In this document: piece after piece, positions 36,973-46,476 of the stretch
Layout of the letters: each line of letters begins with the position of its first letter
Position numbering within the stretch: position 1 is the stretch's first letter
Origin: an uncultured virus (IMG/VR IMGVR_UViG_3300030376_008664)
Taxonomy: Duplodnaviria; Heunggongvirae; Uroviricota; Caudoviricetes
Length of the DNA stretch: 64,000 nt
Direction: 5' to 3' (one strand)
IMG/VR virus record: IMGVR_UViG_3300030376_008664
Notes under the pieces: model-generated
Databases searched by the model: none
Told to the model about the DNA's origin: nothing
The model's input: only the letters and a program-made list of their open reading frames with translations
Position numbers and translations under genes: made by a program

Positions 36973-37953
36973 CTATAAATCTTCTTCTTCAACCACTATC
37001 TTAACCTCGTTAAGAAATGGATAAGCATCTAAGAAATCATTATGATCAACAAAATTAGCATCATCCCAGCCCCACTCACTTAATACTTCTTCATCATCCC
37101 AAGCTAAAGCCTCACTAGAGGTCATCTTGTTTACTGGCTTTTTACTCCAAAATCTACAAGACCAATATCTAGCCTTGTGTTTCGGTCCTGGGTTCGAGTC
37201 ACATTTATGACGCGCTCTAAAGCTCCTACGTCTATCAGGATCGTCTCGTTTGATTTCCATATTAGGATCACCAAACTTCACCATAACTGTATTACCTTTG
37301 GGGTTTTTTACATAAACTCCAAATTTCTTTTTGGAACCAGAAGGTAATCTAAAAGGTTTATTTAAAGTTTTTTTTTCTGCTTCAGAGTAGTCTATATCTT
37401 CTATCTCTTGATCCATCTCTTCTTCGGTAGCACCAGCTTTTAAGAGGTCTATTTTAGCAAGACCAAAATCTAATTCATTGTAGTCAACATAACCCTCTCC
37501 ATCTTCCTCGTTGTAGTAATCTTCACTTCCTCTAGCAATGTCGCCATCAGCAGCTCTATAAGATTCTTTTACTTTACCTCCACGCACCATTTTTAAAAAT
37601 GTATTTACGCGAGCCATAGACCACTGACCTCTACTTTTTCCAGGACGGTGACTGCTAGAAAACGCGCCCGAACCTCTCCTGTATACCTTTTTAAGTTGGC
37701 CAAGAGTGACTTTTTTAGAATATTTCTCGTTATGTTCTTTGACTTTATTCTTGAGGGCAGTAATAACTTTTTCAGAAAAAGTAATAGATGGAGCTTTTTT
37801 GTCTCCACCTGCGGAACCTTTAGGATTCTTTTTAGAGCCTTTTTTACGCTCGGAGGGTTTCGCAGGAGTTTGAGCAGAACTGCGTGGTCCTTTACGTTTA
37901 GCACTCTGGCTTTCTAAAAACTCTTTTGCTTGGTCTGAAAAGTCGTATTCCAT
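36973..37953 (-). CDS. Modular hypothetical protein (possible head-associated)
   Basis: Basic modules (LKKVYRRG.GAF..SHRP...W.MARV; KFGD...RRRSFRARH.C...YWSC) separated by acidic linkers; GTGTAA 10 nt upstream of ATG 37953. Confidence 0.72.
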   Translation of the reverse strand: MEYDFSDQAKEFLESQSAKRKGPRSSAQTPAKPSERKKGSKKNPKGSAGGDKKAPSITFSEKVITALKNKVKEHNEKYSKKVTLGQLKKVYRRGSGAFSSSHRPGKSRGQWSMARVNTFLKMVRGGKVKESYRAADGDIARGSEDYYNEEDGEGYVDYNELDFGLAKIDLLKAGATEEEMDQEIEDIDYSEAEKKTLNKPFRLPSGSKKKFGVYVKNPKGNTVMVKFGDPNMEIKRDDPDRRRSFRARHKCDSNPGPKHKARYWSCRFWSKKPVNKMTSSEALAWDDEEVLSEWGWDDANFVDHNDFLDAYPFLNEVKIVVEEEDL

Positions 37954-37991
37954 CAAGAATTTATTACACTTTTAAATATTAAAAATGAATA

Positions 37992-39638
37992 TTATCCCTC
38001 ACAAGAGGAGCAATTTAGTATAGATCTTGCTAATTCTTGACTAGGATTTGCGCTCCTTTGATAATAGAAGCTTTTTACACCCTGTTCCCACCCAAATATA
38101 AGCAATTCACTAGCCTGTTTTGGTGGGCATTTTGGAGACACCATAACATTTAAGCTTTGTCCTTGATCAATAAATTTTTGTCTTTGGGCTGCTTGAATGA
38201 CAACTTCCTTTTGAGAAATTTCTCCAAAAGTCTTAAATACAGCTTTCTCTTCATCTGAAAGAAAATCTAGATGCTGGACAGAACCTCCTTTAACAAGGAT
38301 AGATTTCCAAGTAGTCTGGGTATTCTTTTTCTTATCTTCTAATAAGGACTCTAGGTAAGGATTCTTATAAGTAAACTTACCTTTAGCTAAATCCTTCGTG
38401 AAATAGTTACTGTTTAAGGGTTCTATAGAAGGAGATACTTGACCTAAAATAAATGAACTAGAAGTGGTAGGAGCTATAGCCATTGTTGTCATGTTCCTTT
38501 TCCCATATCCCTCTAGATGCTCTGGCTCCCCAAATAAAACAGCTAATTCTTTTGTAGCTTTGTCGCATTTTTCTGAAATAATTTTATGAATTTCAGAATT
38601 CAAGAACTTAGCATCCATGCTTTCAAAAGAAATCATTTTTGATTGCAGATAAGAATGCCAGCCCAAAACACCCAAACCTAAAGCTCTTTGTTTTTTTGCA
38701 AAATTGTGAGAAGCTTTCATAAAAGGAATATCCTTGGTTTTTTGGATATACTCTTCCATAACTGCATCTAAAAAGTAAGTTAAAATCTCTACAGCATCGG
38801 TTTCTACAATTTCATCCCACTTCAGTAAGTTTAGTGAGGATAAGCAGCAAACAAAAGACTCCTCTTCAGATGAGTGCAAGAATATTTCGCTGCAAAGATT
38901 AGAGGCGTGAATTTTAAGTTTTTTATCTTTGTAAGGTTTGGGAGCATTGGCGTTTGCAGTATCTGTAAAGAAAATATAAGGGTAACCAGTTTCGAATCTT
39001 TTTTTGACTACGTTAGCCCAAGTGGAACGTTTTTTCCTATCTCCTTCAATCATAGACCTCATCCACTCGTCAGTGATACAGACAGCAAATGACATTTCTT
39101 GGATAGCGTTACCCTCTGATCTAATCCTAAGAAATTCAGAAATATCAGGATGGTCTATCGGTAGGTAAGCAGCAAAAGATCCTCTTCGGACATTACTTTG
39201 AGAAACAACAGATGTAACTTTATCGAAAAGCTCCATGAAGTGAATAGGACCACTGGATGTTCCCCCAGCAGAAATATCTGCGCCCCTAGATCTTAAGTCT
39301 CCAAAATAAGCTGATGTTCCTGACCCATGTTTGGTTTGCATACCGACTTCAGCTTGCTTGTCAAGGATAGCATCCATGCGGTCTTCAATATACACCCCAT
39401 TACAAGATATAGGTAGACCTCTCTCTCTTCCAAAGTTAGCCCAAATAGGGCTAGATAAAGAATAAAAACCTCTAGAGAGGTAATCCTCAAATTTATCCGC
39501 AAAACCTTTTATCTTAAGAGATTTTTCAGCAGATATTGCAATATCTCGACCTCTCTTTTCGGCAGTTTCTCCAGTTTGGAGATAGCCTCTTTTTAAGAAG
39601 TCACGGGCATCCTTGTTAAGCCATTTATATTTTTTCAT
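37992..39638 (-). CDS. nrdA: Class I ribonucleotide reductase alpha subunit, no ATP cone
   Basis: ISCN, RRGS, SNLCSEI, VCCLSSLN, IAPT, IDQGQS, FYY, C-terminal CxxC. Confidence 0.95.
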   Translation of the reverse strand: MKKYKWLNKDARDFLKRGYLQTGETAEKRGRDIAISAEKSLKIKGFADKFEDYLSRGFYSLSSPIWANFGRERGLPISCNGVYIEDRMDAILDKQAEVGMQTKHGSGTSAYFGDLRSRGADISAGGTSSGPIHFMELFDKVTSVVSQSNVRRGSFAAYLPIDHPDISEFLRIRSEGNAIQEMSFAVCITDEWMRSMIEGDRKKRSTWANVVKKRFETGYPYIFFTDTANANAPKPYKDKKLKIHASNLCSEIFLHSSEEESFVCCLSSLNLLKWDEIVETDAVEILTYFLDAVMEEYIQKTKDIPFMKASHNFAKKQRALGLGVLGWHSYLQSKMISFESMDAKFLNSEIHKIISEKCDKATKELAVLFGEPEHLEGYGKRNMTTMAIAPTTSSSFILGQVSPSIEPLNSNYFTKDLAKGKFTYKNPYLESLLEDKKKNTQTTWKSILVKGGSVQHLDFLSDEEKAVFKTFGEISQKEVVIQAAQRQKFIDQGQSLNVMVSPKCPPKQASELLIFGWEQGVKSFYYQRSANPSQELARSILNCSSCEG

Positions 39639-40609
39639 TAGAAAAGATCGTCAGCGTCAAATGTTTGAGAATTTTTTGAATATTCCACTGGTCTTGAGTG
39701 GAAAAAATCAGTGGCATTATTGCCCATCAATTCTTCTTCGAACCACATTGTATCTTCCAACAATGAAGTGTCAACATCAAACGCCGAATGAAAACCAATT
39801 TTTTCTAAAGAGTCGTTAATTCTATTTTTTATAAACTCTTTAAGAATATCAGCATTCAATCCTTTCTCATTAAAGCCATTAATCATCCAATCAACGATTT
39901 GGCTTTCTGCTACAAAAGCAGCTTTAGCTTCACTAGCAATTCTTTCTTCTAACTCATCATCAAAAAGTTCAGGATGCTCACTGCGAATAGTGTTAATGAT
40001 TTTAATACCAGCAAGAGCGTGAATATTCTCTTCATTACGAGTGTATTTCACTTGCTGACCAGTATCCTTCAACACATTGCGGTAGCGGTTGAACCAATTG
40101 ATGATGTAAAACTGACTAAACAAAGATACATTTTCTACAAACAGGGTAAACAGAATGATAGAATAGACATACTGTTTCTTTGAATCTTTGTAAAATTTGT
40201 GGTTATACTTACGAAGGTATTTTACTCTCCCCTCAATAAAATCAAGCTCCAAGTTTTTCTCAAAAATATCTTCTAATCCCAAGACCTTCAACAGTCTTTC
40301 ATAAGCATTATTATGGATAACCTCGATATTAGCCATAACGTATCCCAAGTCGGTTAAACTCGGGTGTGGTAAATTGTCACCAAGTTTGCTCCAGAATTTT
40401 TTAACAGCTACTTCGATCTGACCAATGGCAGACAGGGTTCTAATTACCATTTCTTTCTCATTTGGTAATAAATTCACGTTAAAATCTTGAACATCACTAC
40501 TAAAACTAAATTCCTTATCGGTCCAAAAACCGTTATGCATTGCCTCAATAAACTCCTGCGCCCAAGGGTAATGATCGGGCTTCCTCGATACTTGTTCTTC
40601 AAAAATCAT
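39638..40609 (-). CDS. nrdB: Class I ribonucleotide reductase beta subunit (class Id-like ligands)
   Basis: QIE66VAVK70, E96xxH99...Y103, VENVSLF, EENIH, DFF...EY. Confidence 0.93.
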   Translation of the reverse strand: MIFEEQVSRKPDHYPWAQEFIEAMHNGFWTDKEFSFSSDVQDFNVNLLPNEKEMVIRTLSAIGQIEVAVKKFWSKLGDNLPHPSLTDLGYVMANIEVIHNNAYERLLKVLGLEDIFEKNLELDFIEGRVKYLRKYNHKFYKDSKKQYVYSIILFTLFVENVSLFSQFYIINWFNRYRNVLKDTGQQVKYTRNEENIHALAGIKIINTIRSEHPELFDDELEERIASEAKAAFVAESQIVDWMINGFNEKGLNADILKEFIKNRINDSLEKIGFHSAFDVDTSLLEDTMWFEEELMGNNATDFFHSRPVEYSKNSQTFDADDLF

Positions 40610-40682
40610 GGTTACAACATTTTACACTTAGTCCTGATCGAAGGCAAGCTCAAATACAACATTTCGGAAAAAAATTTTTTTG

Positions 40683-40710
40683 TTGACAAAGAAATACAGA
40701 GACGTATAAT
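40683..40710 (+). promoter_or_regulatory. Consensus sigma70 promoter
   Basis: TTGACA (40683-40688), 16 nt, TATAAT (40705-40710); A/T tract upstream. Confidence 0.8.
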
Positions 40711-40859
40711 AACCGTGAAACGGGATAAACGTAATTCTTACCTATACCGTTATAGATAAAGTATAACGTAATACTTAATCGTATACGTTTTATAAATATA
40801 TTATAAAATATAATCAGATTTTTTTAATTTCTGTGGAAAAAAGAAATACAGACGATACA

Positions 40860-41444
40860 ATGGGGTCAGTGGAAAGCGATCTGACACTAATTTCTAAAAT
40901 ACAAGACGATAATGCCGATCAGGAAAGTCTAATAGCTTTGGTAGATCGACATTCTGGGATATTTCACACGATGGTGAATCATTTTATGTCGAGTCCTCAA
41001 TGTGTCTTGGACAAAAATTTAATTGTCGAGGATAAAGAAATTACAATCTACGATTCTGCTTTGAACTACGATCCCTCTAGGAATACTAAATTCTCTACTC
41101 ACTTAGCAAACCAAACTAAGTGGAAATGCCTTAACGCATTGAACAAAAAGAAAAAAAATAGGGAATATTTCATTGACGATGAGAACAGTTACATAGAGCC
41201 TAGTTGTGATTCCTTCATTGAAGAGATCGATAAAGAAGAAGCTTTAGATGTCTTCGAAAGATGTTTGGAAAGCGAAGAGGACGAAAGAGTTAAAAAAATA
41301 GTTGACATGCGTTATGGATCGACTAATAATAAACTCACTCCTTGGAGGTCTATAGCAGAAAAGCTTGATTTAAGCATCCAAGGATGTATTAACATCCACA
41401 ATAAATTTATTAACAAAGTAAAAAAAGAAGCAAATTATGTATAA
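40860..41444 (+). CDS. Phage sigma70-family sigma factor-like protein
   Basis: Region 2-like YDPSRNTKFSTH...W; region 4 HTH IV.MRYG...W.SIAEKL.LS; start either ATG 40860 or GTG 40869. Confidence 0.78.
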   Translation: MGSVESDLTLISKIQDDNADQESLIALVDRHSGIFHTMVNHFMSSPQCVLDKNLIVEDKEITIYDSALNYDPSRNTKFSTHLANQTKWKCLNALNKKKKNREYFIDDENSYIEPSCDSFIEEIDKEEALDVFERCLESEEDERVKKIVDMRYGSTNNKLTPWRSIAEKLDLSIQGCINIHNKFINKVKKEANYV

Positions 41445-41805
41445 TTCTATTACAGCCGCAGCATATCTGGTTAAAGACCCAGAAGTAAGAACCACCAACA
41501 ATGGTAAAAAAGTAGTCAGCCTAAGAGCTGGCATCTCTACATCGAATGCGAAAACTAAGTGTTTCGTAGATGTTGAATATTGGGACAAGACAGCAGAGAT
41601 TGCTGAAAAATACTTGTCAAAAGGTAGAGAGTTTATTGTGAATGGAGAACTCTGTATGTCATCTTGGGAAAAGGATGGTAAAAAATTCAGTAAATACTTT
41701 GTTCGTGGAAAAGATCTTCAGTTTTTGAGTTCTAAAAAGTCCGAGGGAGACGGAGACGGAAACGGTAGCTCAAGTGATGTTCAAGGTGACGATGTTCCAT
41801 TTTAA
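41437..41805 (+). CDS. ssb: Single-stranded DNA-binding protein
   Basis: L.KDPEVR, FVDVEYWDK.AE..KYLSKG...V.GEL, acidic tail DDVPF. Confidence 0.92.
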   Translation: MYNSITAAAYLVKDPEVRTTNNGKKVVSLRAGISTSNAKTKCFVDVEYWDKTAEIAEKYLSKGREFIVNGELCMSSWEKDGKKFSKYFVRGKDLQFLSSKKSEGDGDGNGSSSDVQGDDVPF

Positions 41806-42887
41806 TGAACTTAATATTAGAAGCTCCCTTAAATAGTTTGAGCTTTGGTAATGTTAGTTTTAACATTATCAGAGAGCTTCATAAGCTAGACGTAAATCTG
41901 GGCATCTTTCCAACAGGTGACCCAGATTTATCTGCTTTTGATATAAATGACGATCTTAAAAAATATATTGAAGATGCTGTAAACAACAGATGGAGATTAA
42001 TTTCAAAATTAACACCCACCTTTAAATTATGGCATTTAAATGGTTCTGAAAACAGAAAGACTAAAGATCAACATTTGTTTTCATTTTATGAATGTAGCGA
42101 ACCTACAGAATTAGAAACCAAGATAGCTGGTCTTCAAGACACTGTTATCTTTTCTTCTAAATATGCCGAAAATCTTTTTAAAGAAAAAGGTCTTGCAAAT
42201 ACTAAGTTTATCCCTCTTGGTTTTGATGAAGATTTTCATATCACTGGGAGAGAATATCTAAAAGATGTCATACATTTTGGTCTCATGGGTAAATATGAGA
42301 ACAGAAAACATACTAAAAAGATCATACAAACTTGGTTAAAAAAGTATGGTAACGATCCCAAGTATCAACTTTCCTGTTGTGTAAACAATCCCTTTTTGAA
42401 TCAAGAACAAATGCAAGGAGTTTGGAATGATGTCACACAAGGGGTAAACTACAACAACCTAAACATCATTCCAAGATTAGCTAAGAATTCTGAAGTAAAT
42501 GAGTTTTTAAATGCTATAGATATTGACCTCACAGGTTTATCTGGAGGAGAAGGTTGGAACATACCAGCTTTCAATGCTACTTGTTTAGGTAAGTGGAGTG
42601 TGGTTTTAAATGAAACATCTCACAAAGATTGGGCTACTGAAGAAAACTCAATCTTGATTGAATCATCTGGGACAACACCGTGTGAAGACGGAGTATTTTT
42701 TACTAAACAAAATGATTTCAACAATGGTGTTTTTTATACATGGTCTGAAGATGAAGCTGTCTCCGCTATGGAAAAAGCTGAATCTAAAGTAGGACAGGTT
42801 AACACAGAGGGTGTCAAAATGGGGGACAATATGACGTACAAGAAAACTACTGAAGCTATTTTATCCCTTGTTTTTAGCGAAAAATAG
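41805..42887 (+). CDS. GT4-like glycosyltransferase
   Basis: SFG, PLGFD, GKYENRK, SGGEGWNIPAFNA. Confidence 0.75.
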   Translation: MNLILEAPLNSLSFGNVSFNIIRELHKLDVNLGIFPTGDPDLSAFDINDDLKKYIEDAVNNRWRLISKLTPTFKLWHLNGSENRKTKDQHLFSFYECSEPTELETKIAGLQDTVIFSSKYAENLFKEKGLANTKFIPLGFDEDFHITGREYLKDVIHFGLMGKYENRKHTKKIIQTWLKKYGNDPKYQLSCCVNNPFLNQEQMQGVWNDVTQGVNYNNLNIIPRLAKNSEVNEFLNAIDIDLTGLSGGEGWNIPAFNATCLGKWSVVLNETSHKDWATEENSILIESSGTTPCEDGVFFTKQNDFNNGVFYTWSEDEAVSAMEKAESKVGQVNTEGVKMGDNMTYKKTTEAILSLVFSEK

Positions 42888-42889
42888 AA

Positions 42890-42905
42890 TGGCATGATAA
42901 ATGTT
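42890..42905 (+). promoter_or_regulatory. Possible sigma54 (-24/-12) promoter
   Basis: TGGCATGATAAATGTT: GG-N10-GT, deviates from canonical GC at -12. Confidence 0.35.
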
Positions 42906-42917
42906 AAATAAATAAGT

Positions 42918-43232
42918 ATGAATACATTAATTAACAACATTCTTAACGATATTAACAAAACAACTAAAACTCACCCAGTCAAAGAGTCTGGAGACGTTTA
43001 TGCCGCAGAATTCGAATTAGCTGGGTTCTGCAAAAAAGATGTAGATATTAAAGTTACAGATAATATCTTAACAGTAGATGCTAAAACTGAAGATAGAAAA
43101 AAATCATACCAATTATTTCTCTATGATTTAGTAGCAGAAGACCATATCTCTGCCTCGTTGAAAAATGGTCTTTTAAAAATAACTCTCCCGAAAAAGGCAA
43201 TTGCGGAGGCAAAAAAAATAGATATTAAATAA
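42918..43232 (+). CDS. Small heat-shock protein (Hsp20)
   Basis: ELAGF.K.DVDI....NILTV...ISASLKNGLLKITLPK. Confidence 0.88.
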   Translation: MNTLINNILNDINKTTKTHPVKESGDVYAAEFELAGFCKKDVDIKVTDNILTVDAKTEDRKKSYQLFLYDLVAEDHISASLKNGLLKITLPKKAIAEAKKIDIK

Positions 43233-43621
43233 TGGCTATTTATGTTTATAAACATCCTGATACAGATGAACACCGTGAGGTGTTTCAACGGATGAATGAT
43301 GAACACATATATATAGACGAATTTGGTGTAGAGTGGGGGAGGGTTTGGACCATCCCCCACGCTTCTATAGATAGCTCTATAGACCCTTTTAATAATCAAC
43401 AATACATCGACGCTACTCACAACAAAAAAGGCACTATAGGCGATATGATGGACTTGTCTGCTGAATTGAGTGCAAAGAGAGCAGAGAAATCTGGGGGATT
43501 AGATCCAGTAAAGGAGAAGTTCTACGACAATTACAAAAAAGAACGTAAAGGCGCAGAACATCCAAACAGGATTAAAGAAAAAGGATACGAAAGTAAGAAT
43601 ATTAAAATCGATTACGATTAA
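43232..43621 (+). CDS. FmdB-like hypothetical protein lacking the Zn cysteines
   Basis: MAIYVYK....EVFQRMND...WGRVW pattern. Confidence 0.55.
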   Translation: MAIYVYKHPDTDEHREVFQRMNDEHIYIDEFGVEWGRVWTIPHASIDSSIDPFNNQQYIDATHNKKGTIGDMMDLSAELSAKRAEKSGGLDPVKEKFYDNYKKERKGAEHPNRIKEKGYESKNIKIDYD

Positions 43622-44709
43622 TAAGCGCTTCCACTAAACCTTAATCCCTTCTCTTCTGTAACTGTAAAACTAAAACTTGCGTCAAAAGTCATTTTATCAT
43701 TTATGGGCATTCCATAATTATAAGAGTCTAGTTTAGCTTCTTGTATTCCATATATCATTTTTTTATCTCCTGAAGCCAATACTAACTCAAAGTCATATTT
43801 TTTGTCATTACTTAAAACACCTGTTATAAAGCCCTCATCAAACCCAGAGACTAAAGAAGAAACTGAAAAAGTCCCTTGGGCTGGTAATTGAGCTTTTCTG
43901 TTATAAGCAAAATCATTTCCTAATCCATATGATGAAACTCTAGACATTGAGACTTGCATGTCTATAGCTTGTATAAGGTGTATCCCAGATAAACGTTGTC
44001 CTCCTACTTGTAAATTTTGCAAAGTAACGCTGCTTTGAGGATCTGTAGGATTAATTATCGGGGGATTTCTATCGTTGTTTGTTTGCGGATCAATTTGAAA
44101 TAAACATCTTCCGACATTATCGTTATTTCCTCCAGTTAAATTAATAGAGGGCATTTCCATAGAAGTCCCTGTTAGATGTTCAAAAACCATATTAGAACAA
44201 ATATAACTAGTCGAAACAGAAGGCAATGTCCCTATTCCATAAGACAAGCTATAAGAAACAGGAAAACAATTTCCGAAAGCCATACAATCAAATCCTGTTA
44301 AGTCGAAAGGATCTTCATTAAATTTAACAGAATCAAAAGCATCAGTATTCCCAGTTTCAGGAGTGTTGACTACATAAAAGTTTGTTGCTCTTTCAGAAAC
44401 ACCCGAAAACATATTTACATATGCTAAACCTAATTGAGCACTTTTAAAGTTACCAAAAGCCTCATTATCAAAAGAAGGCTCTGGTATATAAGTGAAATTT
44501 AACTGTACATCAGGCTGTTGTGTCATCTCTTTTAGAGATAAATCTTGAGAGCCTAATTGTTTTAATTCTTGTCTAGGTAAACTGACGGAATAACTAAAAT
44601 TCTGAACCAGTTTATACAAAACAATGTCTAAATTAGATTCAGAAAAAGATTGTCCGTTCTGTACAAACACAGAAGCGTTCGGGCTTTTTATTGATACTCC
44701 TCTACTCAT
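43618..44709 (-). CDS. Tail tube-like protein (paralog of 56978-58069)
   Basis: VQNFSYS.S.PRQELKQLG vs VQSANYSFSINRQDINQYG; LGNDFAY.R..QLP vs LGSKSAY.R.VDFP. Confidence 0.65.
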   Translation of the reverse strand: MSRGVSIKSPNASVFVQNGQSFSESNLDIVLYKLVQNFSYSVSLPRQELKQLGSQDLSLKEMTQQPDVQLNFTYIPEPSFDNEAFGNFKSAQLGLAYVNMFSGVSERATNFYVVNTPETGNTDAFDSVKFNEDPFDLTGFDCMAFGNCFPVSYSLSYGIGTLPSVSTSYICSNMVFEHLTGTSMEMPSINLTGGNNDNVGRCLFQIDPQTNNDRNPPIINPTDPQSSVTLQNLQVGGQRLSGIHLIQAIDMQVSMSRVSSYGLGNDFAYNRKAQLPAQGTFSVSSLVSGFDEGFITGVLSNDKKYDFELVLASGDKKMIYGIQEAKLDSYNYGMPINDKMTFDASFSFTVTEEKGLRFSGSAY

Positions 44710-44710
44710 T

Positions 44711-45667
44711 TTATGTTCCTGTTGGAATTACACCCAAAGGGTCTTCTACAAACTCTACAGTCAATGTATTAGAATTGACATAATTCCAAGTGTGAGTCCA
44801 TTTAGGACAATAGTAAACTTTCGGTCTGTTGTAAACAGAAGGTATTTGGTGTTCAAATCTTCTGTAGCCACCTTTGTTTTCTAAAAAGTGAATCATGCTT
44901 TTGGTTTGGGAATCAGAAATATTACTAAAAGTATAATTAATATTAAAAGTAGAGATGTTGTCATTTGTTTTTATTCTTTGTCTAAAAGAATTCTTATACT
45001 CAAGAACATCTGCTTTTATTACTACATTATTTTGTGTCCCAATGTCTGGTTCAAAAAAGAAATTTTGACTCCACATCGAACCTGTTCCTGTAGGACTATT
45101 TGTTTCAGTAGAAGTATGATCTCCAGTGCAATAATAAAAATTATCTAATTTATTTTGATTTATTCCTGAATATATAACGTTATATTCTTTATAACTTGAA
45201 CTAGGTGTCCAACCGTTAAAATCCAAGTTGGCAAAACAACCCATACCTGACCACTTTAATAAAGTCGGCGCGTGATCTACACTTATGGTCGATGCTACTT
45301 CATAGTGTTGATTGTTAATAAAATTAATAGCATAATTATTGCAAAAACCTGTCACCGTTTTGTATATATTTGAAGAATCAGGGGTGAAAGGGATATCTTC
45401 TACACCCGATTGATTTTCAAAAAATACAGCTAATTTTTGAGCATTAGTTTCATTTACATCATATCTTACATTGAATTTAGCAGTTAAACTATTTACTGAA
45501 TAAGGAACTAAATTATAATAAAAATCATCAGTCGCATAACTATGATTATTAGCTTCGAAGTCAACTTGTGATCCATAAACAGGAGTAAGACCTAGAGCAC
45601 CAATCGTAGAAGGAACGGCAATTCCAGAGATATTATTGTCTCTATTATAAAATAAACTTTCACTCAT
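44711..45667 (-). CDS. Distal/minor tail protein (lambda gpM-like, duplicated domain)
   Basis: FFENQSG...F and FLENKGG.RRF.....YC..W motifs; near tape measure. Confidence 0.6.
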   Translation of the reverse strand: MSESLFYNRDNNISGIAVPSTIGALGLTPVYGSQVDFEANNHSYATDDFYYNLVPYSVNSLTAKFNVRYDVNETNAQKLAVFFENQSGVEDIPFTPDSSNIYKTVTGFCNNYAINFINNQHYEVASTISVDHAPTLLKWSGMGCFANLDFNGWTPSSSYKEYNVIYSGINQNKLDNFYYCTGDHTSTETNSPTGTGSMWSQNFFFEPDIGTQNNVVIKADVLEYKNSFRQRIKTNDNISTFNINYTFSNISDSQTKSMIHFLENKGGYRRFEHQIPSVYNRPKVYYCPKWTHTWNYVNSNTLTVEFVEDPLGVIPTGT

Positions 45668-46476
45668 TATTCGTGTCCTATATAGTTAAGTGTTAAACGA
45701 ACTGCTCCATCAGAACTAGATGTCAATTGTTCTGAAACAAGTGAAGCGTTTGGAATTCCCAAAGTTTGTATTGTTGACCCGTTTTTTCCTTTTATAGTAA
45801 AAGAAACATTTTTATTTTCTCTATCATTTAAAAAATCAAACCCACTTTGCATGAATATATCATCCACTTCCATTTGCACAGAAGCTGAATACTGGATAGG
45901 GCTTATATGTTTTACTTCTGTTGGCGTTTCAGATCCAATTGTGTAGTATGGTTTTTTATTTATAGTTAATGAATAATCAAAACCAATCACACGATTACTA
46001 AAACTATTATCACAAGTAGCAGTTATAGATCCTTGGCTTGGTATATATATAGAAGTGTTAGCTGTCCCAGTAGCATTAACTCCACTCCTCATTTCATCAT
46101 AAACAATAAAGGATGCGTTAACTTTAGGTATAGCGCCTACAGCACAATTCACAGAATAAGAGGATAAATATCCACTATTAAATCCATAAGAAGCATTATT
46201 ATTATAATTAAAACTCCCCTTCATTACTTCAGACTCTCCCCTAAAATCTAAAATAGGATCTTGATAAATTAAATTTCTAGAAAAAGAAACAGTTTGACTT
46301 GTAGCTCCTCCAACTGCCGTTAATCCACGGGTAGACCCTAAAGGAGCTAAAACGTTACTGCTATTTGAATAACCTATATCAAGACTTTCTACCCCAGAAA
46401 GCTCCCTTGCACTAGGGCTTCCATCCGCTCCTGATATAAAGAAGTGACAATCGTAATTTAAAGTTGTGTCATACAT
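45667..46476 (-). CDS. Tail tube-like / tail-tip protein
   Basis: LSGVES.DI.Y, YLSSYSV.CAVG.IP.V.ASF shared with the tail tube paralogs; follows tape measure. Confidence 0.55.
   Translation of the reverse strand: MYDTTLNYDCHFFISGADGSPSARELSGVESLDIGYSNSSNVLAPLGSTRGLTAVGGATSQTVSFSRNLIYQDPILDFRGESEVMKGSFNYNNNASYGFNSGYLSSYSVNCAVGAIPKVNASFIVYDEMRSGVNATGTANTSIYIPSQGSITATCDNSFSNRVIGFDYSLTINKKPYYTIGSETPTEVKHISPIQYSASVQMEVDDIFMQSGFDFLNDRENKNVSFTIKGKNGSTIQTLGIPNASLVSEQLTSSSDGAVRLTLNYIGHE

Noticed and set aside
37605..37917. Alternative ORFs overlapping the 36973 gene, and other short nested ORFs in the track
   Set aside because: Fully nested in better-supported genes, with no motifs or expression signals.
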